Positions 37,667 to 46,843 of a stretch of DNA of 46,843 bases are shown piece after piece. Each line of letters begins with the position of its first letter. Position 1 is the first letter of the stretch. A program made the position numbers and the translations under genes. Under the pieces are notes generated by a model. That model searched no databases. It saw only the letters and a list, made by a program, of their open reading frames with translations, and was not told where the DNA came from. The DNA lies in assembly GCA_008632985.1 (NCBI GenBank), contig QPGO01000131.1:186001-232843 (forward strand), given 5' to 3'. Origin of the DNA: Psammoneis japonica (taxonomy: Eukaryota).

Positions 37667-38333
37667 GCACTTGCAGGAAAACAACTCTCGGACCACAAGT
37701 GGAAGTCAGAAAAGTGTTCCATGAGAATCCATTGATCTTTTTGTGCACACTTGTGTTTGGATGTTGCCTTTTCTGCCACAAAAGCACACGACAGCAAAGA
37801 ATTAAATTTTGTTTGGGGCCATGTGCAAAAGGAACATTGAGCTGCATTTGGGCTGTGCACAATCAAATCTTCCTCCTTTCATGCATGTGTCCATGTCATG
37901 TGCAATGATGAGCTTTTTTGGCAACACGTAAATTTCCACACAAATTGTGAATGAGATGGCAAGACCTCCCACATGAAAACACTTTTTTTCAAACTTTTTG
38001 GTTTTTGGTGATTCTCGCAAGTGCAAGAAATCCATGAAAAAGTGCAAAAAAGTGATTTCACAAGGGAGGCATTGCTGCCTCATTCCTCATTTGTTGAGAC
38101 ATTTTTGTGTGTTGCCAAAAAAGCTCTTTGTTGCATGTGATGTGAGCACATGTGCAGGAAGATTTGACTGCACATGACCCCAAATGCAGCTCAATGTTTT
38201 GCATGTGACCCCAAGTGCAATTTGATGTTTTGCCACCATGTGCTTTTTGGCGGGAAAAGTCACACACAAAATCAAAAGATGAGTGACAGCATCAGCGGAT
38301 TCTTGTGAAAACACCTTTCTGTTTTCTGACTTC
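37667..38333. repeat. Fold-back pair of a ~300-bp dispersed repeat (copy A +, 37667-38045; copy B -, 38056-38333)
   Basis: ggaagtcagaaaagtgt...gaatcc...aacattgagctgcatttggg...tcaaatcttcct...gagcttttttggcaacac in copy A appears as its reverse complement in copy B. Confidence 0.8.
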
Positions 38334-38379
38334 TTCTGCTGCTTGTGGTTTAAGAGTGATCATCGCAAGTGCAAGAATG

Positions 38380-40830
38380 CCAAGTTTGGGGAGTTTGCTG
38401 AGTTTGGTGGGTTTTGGGAGTCAGCCAAGTTTGCAAAATTTGGCAAGTTTAACAAGCTTTCCAAGTTTGGCAAGTTTGGCATGTTTCCCAAGTTTGGCAA
38501 CTTTGGCAAGTTTGCCAAGATTGGTGAGTTTGGCGAGTTTGCCAAGTTTGGTGATTTTGCCAAGTTTGGCAAGATCAGTGAGTTTTGCAAGTTTGCCAAG
38601 TTTGGAAAATTTGGCAAGTTTTGCTGGTTTGGCGGGTTTGGCAAGTTTTTGGCAAGTTTGCCGAGTTTGGCAAGTTTGGCAAGTTTGGCAAGTTTGGTGG
38701 GTTTGGCAAGTTTGGCCAGCTTGGCAAGTTTGGCAGGTTTGGCAGGTTTGGTGGGCTTGCCAAGTTTGGCAAATTTGGCAAGTTTGCTGAGTTTGGCAAG
38801 TTTGACAAGTTTGGTGGGTTTGGCAAGTTTAACAAGTTTGGCATGTTTGGCAAGTTTGGCGGGTTTGGCAAGTTTGGCGAGCTTGGCAAGTTTTGCAAGT
38901 TTGGCAGGTTTGGTGAGTTTGATGAGTTTTTTCAAGTTTGGCGGGTTTGGCAAGTTTAGCAAGTTTGGCAAGTTTGGCATGTTTGGCAAGCTTGGCAAGT
39001 TTGGTGGCTTTGGCAAGTTTGGCAAGTTTGGCGAGCTTGGCAAGTTTGGCAAGTTTAGCAGGTTTGGCAAATTTGGCAAGTTTGGCAAGTTTGGCAGGTT
39101 TGGTGAGTTTGATGAGTTTTTTCAAGTTTGGCAGGTTTGGCAAGTTTAACGAGTTTGGCAAGTTTGGCAAGTTTGGTGGGTTTGGCGAGTTTGGCAAGTT
39201 TGGCATGCATGGCAAGTTTGGCAAGTTTGGCAAGTTTGGTGGGTTTGACGAGTTTGGCAAGTTTGGCAAGTTTGGCAAGTTTGGCAAGTTTGGTGAGTTT
39301 GGCAAGTTTGGCAGGTTTGTCAAGTTTGGCAGGTTTGGAAAGTTTGGTGGGTTTGGCAAGTTTGGCGAGCTTGGCAAGTTTGGCAAGTTTTGCAAGTTTG
39401 GCAGGTTTGGTGAGTTTGATGAGTTTTTTCAAGTTTGGCGGGTTTGGCAAGTTTAGCAAGTTTGGCAAGTTTGGCAAGTTTGGTGGGTTTGGCATGTTTG
39501 GCATGTTTGGCAAGTTTGGTGGCTTTGGCAAGTTTGGCAAGTTTGGCAGGTTTGGCGAGTTTTTCAAGTTTGGCGGGTTTGGCAAGTTTGGCAAGTTTGG
39601 CAAGTTTGGTGGGTTTGGCGAGTTTGGCAAGTTTGGCATGCATGGCAAGTTTGCCAAGTTTGGCAAGTTTGGCGAGTTTGGCAAGTTTGGCAAGTTTGGC
39701 GAGTTTGGCAAGTTTGGCAGGTTTGGCAAGTTTGGCGGGTTTGGAAAGTTTGGCAAGTTTGGCGAGTTTGGCAAGTTTGGCAAGTTTGGTGGGTTTGGCA
39801 AGTTTGGCAAGTTTGGCCAGCTTGGCAAGTTTGGCAAGTTTGGCAGGTTTGGTGAGTTTGATGAGTTTTTTCAAGTTTGGTGAGTTTAGCAAGTTTGGCA
39901 AGTTTTGGTGGGTTTGGCGAGTTTGGCAAGTTTGGCACATTTGGCAAATTTGGCAAGTTTGATGGGTTTGGCAAGTTTGGCAAGTTTGGCGAGCTTGGCA
40001 AGTTTGGCAGGTTTGGCAAGTTTGGCAGGTTTGATGAGTTTGATGAGTTTTTTCAAGTTTGGCGGGTTTGGCAAGTTTGGCAAGTTTGTTTGGTGGGTTT
40101 GGTGAGTTTGGCATGTTTGGCAAGTTTGGGGAGCTTGGCAAGTTTGACAAGTTTGGCAGGTTTGACAGGTTTGGCAGGTTTGGCAAGTTTGGTGGGTTTG
40201 GCAAGTTTGGCAAGTTTGGCGAGTTTGGTGAGTTTGGTGGGTTTGGTGAGTTTGGCAAGTTTGGCAAGTTTGGCAGGTTTGGCGGGTTTGGTGGGTTTGG
40301 CAAGTTTGGCAAGTTTGTCGGGTTTAGAAAGCTTGGCAAGTTTGGCGAGTTTGGTGAGTTTTGAAAGTTTGGTGAGTTTGGTGGGTTTGGTGAGTTTGGC
40401 AAGTTTGGCAAGTTTGGTGGGTTTGGTGGGTTTGGCGAGTTTGGCAAGTCTGGCAAGTTTGGTGAGTTTGGCAAGTTTGGCAGGTTTGGCAAGTTTGGCA
40501 AGTTTGGATGGTTTTGTGAGTTTGGTGAGTTTGGCAATTTTGGTGAGTTTGGCAAGCTTGGTGGGTTTGGTGGATTTGGTGAGTTTGGCAAGTTTGGTGA
40601 GTTTGGCAAGTTTGGTGAGTTTGGCAAGTTTGGGGGTTTTGCTGGAAAGTTTGGTGAGTTTGGCAAGTTTGGCAAGTTTGGCAGGTTTGACAAGTTTGGC
40701 GGGTTTGGCAAGTTTGATGAGTTTTCAAGTTTGATGGGTTTGGTGAGTTTTGTGAGTTTGGCAAGCTTGGCAAGTTTGACAAGCTCAGCAAGTTTGGCAA
40801 GTTTGCTGAGTTTGGCAAGCTTGGCTTGCT
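38380..40830 (+). repeat. 9-bp minisatellite (GGCAAGTTT)n, ~2.4 kb, with higher-order blocks
   Basis: Continuous array with variants GGTGAG/GGCGAG/GGTGGG/GGCAGG. The landmark gagtttgatgagttttttcaagttt recurs at ~38915, ~39105, ~39412, ~39854 and ~40035. Confidence 0.97.
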
Positions 40831-41749
40831 TGCAAAAAGGCTGGGTGTCAGACATGGAGCAGGTGTCATGGGAGGCTTTGGGGCATGCTTGCATCGAAGG
40901 CTTCAAGCCAAGTGCAAAGTCATGTGGATGTGGTGCAGCCATTGCCACAAAAGAGAAGTCAAGGGAGCAGCAAGAATTTCATGGCATGCTTGAGAGCTGC
41001 TGCAGCAAATGTTGCTTGTTGACAAAGAGCATGGCAAGCTTCTTGGAAAAACCAAGAGCAGACATTGTGAGGAAGAAGCAGTGCTCCACTGCAAAGCAGT
41101 GTTTGTGGCAAGCAGGAAAGCGGTCAAGGCAACAATGAGTTGATGTGTGGTTTGTTGTCACTTTGCATGCCAGCTGATTGTCGAGTCTTGGGGGCAAATG
41201 TGTGCTTGCCTCAACACAAACAACAGCAAGCTGGCTGTTTTCAACATGCCTCCAGAGGCTCTGACTCAACAAGACAGTGGTGCTGACCTGCAACTGCATG
41301 AAACAATGCTCTTTTGTGCCAAGTTTGCAGAGAAATTCGACAAGCCATTTCAGCTCAAACAAGCACAGCACATGCTGGTGCAGAGTCAGAGCAAGAACAC
41401 AGTTGTTGTCAAGAAGGGAGGCATCTTTGAAGTGGCGTTGTTGCCAGCAGGAAGCAAGAACCACAGCACAAATTGCAACAAAGCCAGCAGAAGATCTCTG
41501 GAAATTTGGTCTGCACAGGGTGGGCTCTGTGACAAGCAAGTTGTTGCAAGAGAGGCACTTGGCACATTTTGCAGTCACGCAGATTGGCACTTGGGCAAAA
41601 CAAAAGACAGCGCTGCAGCATGCACAGAAGAAACCCAGGGTTTGTCATTGGGTGAAATTGATGGTGGCAACAGCACAGATGCGGGTTGGCTGTTGGAGCA
41701 AGGCAAAGAAAACAATGCCCAAGCCAACATGGTGGGGTGTCACGCATCG

Positions 41750-42160
41750 CGTTCCAGGTCCACCGTAGGTGGGACCTCGTGCTGCTGAACTGTGACATCG
41801 ACAGTTTTTTGAATCGCGTCGCATGTCGCGCACGTACATTTCTACGTGATTTTGGCGAAATTTTGCATCATTTTACAGTGCAATTGTCAGGCGATCCATT
41901 GAACAACTTTTAATATTTTTTTCTTCTACGCCATTCTCGAGTGTCTTAAGAATGGCGTAGGGCAGGCGTGTTGTCCAAAACTTCGAGTACGAACAGAGAT
42001 GCTTGCACTACAAACTTGACCGTCTATTTCATGTCGAAGATAAATGCCGGTACATCCATTAACCACAGTACGAACTACAGAGCTCGCACGTAGAATTCTA
42101 CGGGGCAAATGTCACAAAATAATCCCACCTCTAGGACTGGAACCCGTCTTGCCCCCAACG
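41750..42160. promoter_or_regulatory. Unmutated ~400-bp island (normal TA and CG) with hairpins; putative promoter or regulatory element
   Basis: TA/CG-rich words (cgtac, ctacg, gagtacg, ggtac) reappear abruptly. Perfect 12-bp stem 41926-41937/41949-41960 and a 14-bp palindrome cgtagaattctacg at 42089-42102. The function is inferred. Confidence 0.45.
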
Positions 42161-42542
42161 CGTTTGTTGTCAAAGAGGAAACACATGAGGGAGTTTTGTG
42201 GGGCACTGACTTGTGCACAGAGAAAGTGCGACAATGCAGGAACAAAACAGAGCCAATGGAGCAATGGGATGTTGTCAAGAAAGTGTGCAGAAACAGCACA
42301 CAGCACAGATTTGGCGGGCTGTCAGATGCCAAGTTGGCTTGCTTTGGTTTTGCAGGTGGCAGAGAACTTCCACAGAGTGCTTGGAGACAGAGCAAGAAAG
42401 GGTGCAAGGGCCAAGCCATTGAGTTGGAAACCATCAATCAACTTGACTTGGCGAGGCAACAAGAGCAGCAACAGGCAACCAACAAGTCTCCATCTGAGTC
42501 AGCAGGGGAACAACAAGTGACTGCCAAATGCAAAACAAAAGC

Positions 42543-43155
42543 TGGAAGTCAGAAAAGTGTTTTGCAAGAATCCATTGATCTTTTTGTCCATGTCTGCATT
42601 TGCATGTTGCCTTTTCTGTTGAAAAAGCACATGACAGCAAAGAACTGAATTTTGTTTGGGTTTGTGCAACAAACATTCAATTGCATTGAGGGTTGCTCAC
42701 AATCAAATCTCCCCACCACATGTGTTCATGCGACACATGACAATGAGCTTTTTTGGCATTGCACAAATTTTTGCACAAATTGTGAATGAGACAGCAGTGT
42801 GTCCTGGATTCCTTGCACTTGCGGCAACCACTCTCAGGCCACAAGTGGAAGTCAGCAAAGTGTTTCATGAGAATCCACCAATCTTTTTGTGCATGTTTGC
42901 ACTTGTGTGTTGCATGACAGCAAAGTGTTGAATTTTGTTTGGGGCCACATGCAAAACATTGAGCTGCATTTGGGGCCATGCACAATCAAATCTTCCTGTT
43001 GCACATGTGTTCATGTCATGTGCAACAATGAGCTTTTTCAGGGATGTGCAAATTTTGGCATGAATTGCAAATGAGACAGCAATGCCTCTCATGTGAAAAC
43101 ACTTCTTTGGGCCATTTTTGGTTCTTGGTGATTCCTGCAAGTGTAAGAAATCCAC
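42543..43155 (+). repeat. Two further tandem copies (42543-42797, 42815-43155) of the ~300-bp repeat at 37667-38333
   Basis: Shared ggaagtcag(a/c)aaagtgttt...gaatcca...gacagcaaag...aattttgtttggg...caatcaaatct...aatgagcttttt...aattg..aatgaga. Confidence 0.85.
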
Positions 43156-45602
43156 ACAGAAAACATTGGTGTGGCAGGATCAGTCAGATCTTCAAAAAAA
43201 GAGTGGTCGCCCACTCCAAAAAGAGGTGCTGTCTTGTGTGTTGCACTTTTTTCCTTGGGCTGTGCTGGCATTGCTCCAGTGCATGTCATGCCAACTGGCT
43301 TGACAGCAGCAAAATTGCAGGCAGCCTGGTGTTCCTCAGCACGTTGTGCAAAAGTGTTGGGGTTGAATTTTTTGCCACCAACAATGTGCCATGATTGGCT
43401 CTGGTCAAACTGCTCCATCATGTTGTGCGCAGATGCAAGAGGGGTGCAGCATTGCTTTGGAGAATGGACAAGCCGCCCTTCAACATCACCCACAATGTCC
43501 ACACCATGCTTCTCCATGTTGTGGTTTGTTGTTGTTGTTTTGTCCTCCCAAAATCTTTTTTCTTTTGCAACTCCTCACTGTGTGATGGGCTCCCATGAGA
43601 GTGGGGTTTGCCACCTTCCTCTTGCTGACATCTGGGGTCCGGCATGTTGAGAAATTCCTCGCCATTGCACTCTGAGCAGCTCGTGGCTTTGACCTTGTGT
43701 TTTGCCATTGGATGGTGTGTCACATGCAGTTGATTGCACAGACAGCCACGCAGAGCTCCAGTGCTTGCAAGCTGTTGGTTGAGCCTCCCGATCAATTGAT
43801 TGAGGCCCAAACCTGCACTTTTCCCATGACAGGGCCCCCTCCTGTGTGCTCTGCTGTGCGGTTGTCAGCAGTCAACAGTTGACAGTCTCTGATGAGTGGT
43901 GCAATGACAGGCAAGTTGCAATGGTTGTTGGTGCCCCACACATGCCTTGCTGATGGCAAGACTGGTTGGATGGACAGATGGATGGATGGCATGATGCTGT
44001 GTGGAGTGGCATTGCGTTTCATGTCAGCTCACAAAATTTTGAATTTGTGGCTGTTGCAAATGTGGCAAAGGCACACAAAAACACACTCAATCATTGTGCC
44101 AATGTGATGCCACAGCATTTCCCCATCTGCAGGCCACAGACTGGAGATGAACATTGTCAGTTGTCAGGTGTGCCATCGTTCCTCAATTGGCACAACCTTC
44201 TTGTGAGCACATTGGCTGCCATCATTTTTCTGCTCATGTGTTGATGCTCATTTGCATTTTTGATCCATTTGCTCAGCAGGCATCAACTGCTGCAATGGTG
44301 CAGGCCACACCAAGGCATGTTGCAGCAAACACACTGCGTGTCATTCAGCATGGGTGTGCTTGCTCTTGTTGTTGCTGCTGGCTCCCTTGGCAGTCTCAGG
44401 CACTCCTCATGGACTGCAGCACAGTGCTTCTTGAGCCACTGAAGACAGCTTTCTGTCTTTGGCTCCAGGTTTGAATGGAGAGCAACACCAGACGACCAAC
44501 CCAGAACAGCAAAATCTCATGTTGTGGATGATGTTGTCACCTGTGTCAGAGCAAGATTTCTTGAACAAAGCAAGTTCCATGCAAATTGTTTTTGTGTTGC
44601 CAGCAAAGTGGCAACTCGCACAAAAATCTGCCAAGCACTTTGAAGCAAGGCCACCACCCCAGACAAAAAGCACAAGGTTGTGTCCCACCACTGGCACAAG
44701 AAGGATGTCAACCTCATCAACTGCTGCTTTGTTGACAAACAATGAAGGAACTGTGGCAAATGATGATGGTTTTGGGAGGACTTTTGAGGTGGGCACAATG
44801 AGATGACTTCTTCCAAGCAAAGCCCCCCTCTCAACAGAAAATGCAAGGTCTCATCCTGCCAGCACAAGGACATCAACAAGGGCGCTGTTCTTTTTTCTGG
44901 GGTTGTTGACAAAGATTGTCTCAGCATTTTGGGTGAAGGTGAGACTGAGGAGGACACTGTTGAGGATGCCAAAAGCATTGTTGTGGTGCAAAAACTGGGA
45001 AAGCATGCAAGAATTCAATGTCACACACACAAACACATGCTCCATTGGTGCAGACAACTTGGGATGTAATTTGTGCTTTAGATTGCATGCAGTCTCCAAT
45101 GTGACAGCCTGACAGTGCTCCCTGGTGATGAGAACAACTTCATGCAAACCACAGAAAGCAATTGACACACAGCTTCCATGTTGGTTGCATCTGTTGGCTC
45201 ATTCCAGCAACAAGAGTTCCAGCTTCTGATCTGTGATGCAGGTTGGTGATGCGCGCAGTTTTGCTGTTGGCGTTTGTGAGAGTTTTGGTCCTCTGTCTTT
45301 GCTTGTGGACCATTGGATTTTATGATGTGCTGACATCTTTTGGTCCATTGTTTTGGTCTGCTTTTTTTTGGTCATTGTCCAATCTGTGGTCTTCTTGTGG
45401 GGTTGGCACTGAAATAGTGTCTTTTCTCTTTTTGACTTTTTTGGTTGCTTTTGGGGCTCCCTTCTCCTTTTCTCTCTTCTTGCGGATTTCCACATTCATG
45501 AGGACCAGGATCACTTTGACAGCTCATGCACTGTTGAGGCTTGCATGCTGTTTGCATGATCGCTGTCACCCCAGCTCATGCTGTCATCTGGCTCATTTCT
45601 GT

Positions 45603-46843
45603 GGTTATGAGCTCAAGTGTTGAGCGATTGTTCAGCAGGATCAGGCAACATCCTGATCAGGGATGACAGTGCCAATCTGTTTGGGGATGATGCGCAGGAT
45701 GATTTGAGCATTGAGTCCAAGCAACAATCTCAAGGACGTTTCTCTGCATCTTGAGGAGGATCAAGCCACACGCCACACTGCTGTGGCAGTTGTTCCTCAA
45801 GTTGGTGGCATCATCAACAACATTGCCTGGACCAGTGGTCCACAAGTTGTTGATCCACATGCCATGGCATGCAGCCTGCATTGCCAATGTCCGACATCAT
45901 TCTGTCATTCAACAACAATTGCACCCCATTGTCAGAAAGGTTTGGAGTCAAAGAAGATTGACACCAACAAGGATTGCAAGGTGACTCTCATCAGTTGGAC
46001 CAACTCTGTTGGCAAACATCTTCTCATGAGCAGCATGGATTTGGCACTCTGTGTCCAGAGGAGAGATCCAAGGATGGGGGCACCTCAAGAGTTGAATCTT
46101 ACATTGGATTGCAGTTTGTTGAACCTGCAAGAGGTTGAGGATCATGTCAAAGACTTGCTTGCTGTGGGTGACCAATGTGATCATCAGAACTCATGGTGGT
46201 CTGCAGAGTTCTTTCTCAACTCGATTGGTGTTGCTCCATGTGGTGATGTCCAAAAGTGTGCCAATGGACCTGCACATGATGGCATGGGCCCATTGTTTAC
46301 AAGCTTGTTGCTGCTGAGTTGCATTCATCCACTGTGTTGGCTCTCTGTGTGGTGGTCGACAAACTCAAGGCTGTGAAACTCAGGGAAGAACTGGGTGAGA
46401 ATGTCAAAAACTGCACTGCAAAGTTGGTTGAATTGTGCAGTCATCTGGAAGGTCATCATAAACTTCCTGAAGATGCTGCTTCAATCCTTTGCAGTGGTCT
46501 TGCAACATTGACTGTCAAGTCATTGTGGACTCAATTCATGACTCTCTTCAATGAAGTCAACATGGATCCAATGAAGCACACATGTGGTGATCTTGTTGTT
46601 CGTGCCAACAAGTCATGTGCCAGTTTGGTGGATTGCAAAGAATGGATGCCTTTTGATGCAGACAAGTCCAGCTCTGCTGCATTTCCAAACTGTGCGGATG
46701 ACTGTGTTTGCCACAAATGTGGTCAGCAAGGCCACATCCATCCACACTTCCCTCAAAACAGCAATGACAAGTCAAGGAGGTGGTGGTGGATGTGGAGATC
46801 AAGGTTGTGGTGACGTGTTGTGGAGATCAACAGACAAGGATGT
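45603..46843 (+). mobile_element. Decayed Ty1/Copia (CoDi-type) retrotransposon: putative PBS and gag, continuing past the window end
   Basis: GGTTATGAGC at 45603-45612 is complementary to the initiator tRNA-Met anticodon arm (copia-type half-tRNA PBS). Downstream gag-like GDQCDHQNSWWSAEFFLNSI...GP...DKLKAVKLREELGENV and zinc knuckle CHKCGQQGHIHPHFP. Confidence 0.72.

Larger units (their letters stand above)
27540..41750. other. TpA-depleted hypermutated domain 3 (decayed host-gene copies, Crypton-like relic, satellite)
   Basis: TA is nearly absent from ~27540. CG remains common to ~31200 and becomes sparse further in. Confidence 0.9.
42160..46843. other. TpA/CpG-depleted hypermutated domain 4
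   Basis: About 9 TA dinucleotides seen by eye in ~4.7 kb. Contains repeat copies and the Copia relic. Confidence 0.88.

Noticed and set aside
38380..40830. Satellite considered as a telomere or CRISPR array
   Set aside because: The unit is not TTAGGG-like, the array is internal and degenerate, and there are no unique spacers or cas genes.
38283..40948. ORFs encoding (KFG)n, (LAS)n, (PNL)n and (QTC)n repeat proteins
   Set aside because: They are translations of a stop-free 9-bp satellite with frequent frame slips, with no start context or unique domain.
41960..42020. ACAGAGA-containing stretch considered as U6 snRNA, and the island considered as a tRNA or Helitron end
   Set aside because: The flanks do not match U6, there is no cloverleaf or A/B boxes, and no CTRR follows the hairpin at the expected distance.
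300..46843. Alternative genetic code or selenoprotein/recoding explanation for the Tyr-free ORFs
   Set aside because: TA loss affects all frames and non-coding repeats, the relics carry frameshifts, and neighbouring intact genes use Tyr and TAA/TAG normally.
300..46843. Classical fungal RIP as the cause of the biased domains
   Set aside because: RIP depletes CpA/TpG and enriches TpA and AT content. The observed bias is the opposite.

Overview
Eukaryotic, most likely diatom, genomic DNA: short GT-AG introns, bipartite signal/plastid presequences and a diatom Copia-type gag point this way; the species cannot be determined. The window is a mosaic of two sequence states with sharp borders. (1) Normal-composition gene islands (1-~290, ~2290-5780, ~14300-27530) hold intact genes: an MDP-1-like HAD phosphatase (partial), an F-box-like protein, an NTF2/SnoaL-like protein, a PFKFB-type 6-phosphofructo-2-kinase, a secretory double-SET/Tudor protein, a multipass membrane protein, an EGF-repeat membrane protein, a GDH-fold protein lacking its catalytic lysines and a triose-phosphate translocator. 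(2) Four domains (~300-2200, ~5830-14110, ~27540-41750, ~42160-end) have almost no TpA, reduced CpG and excess TpG/CpA. They contain decayed transposons (two tyrosine-recombinase elements and a Copia gag), satellites and decayed copies of ordinary host genes, in which conserved Tyr codons read as Cys/His and Arg codons as His/Gln/Cys/stop. The main candidate novelty is a domain-restricted, context-specific TpA->TpG/CpA hypermutation that spares YTAR, runs opposite to fungal RIP and acts alongside ordinary CpG decay. Dinucleotide counts were made by eye and protein family assignments come from remembered motifs; none has been checked by computation or database search.
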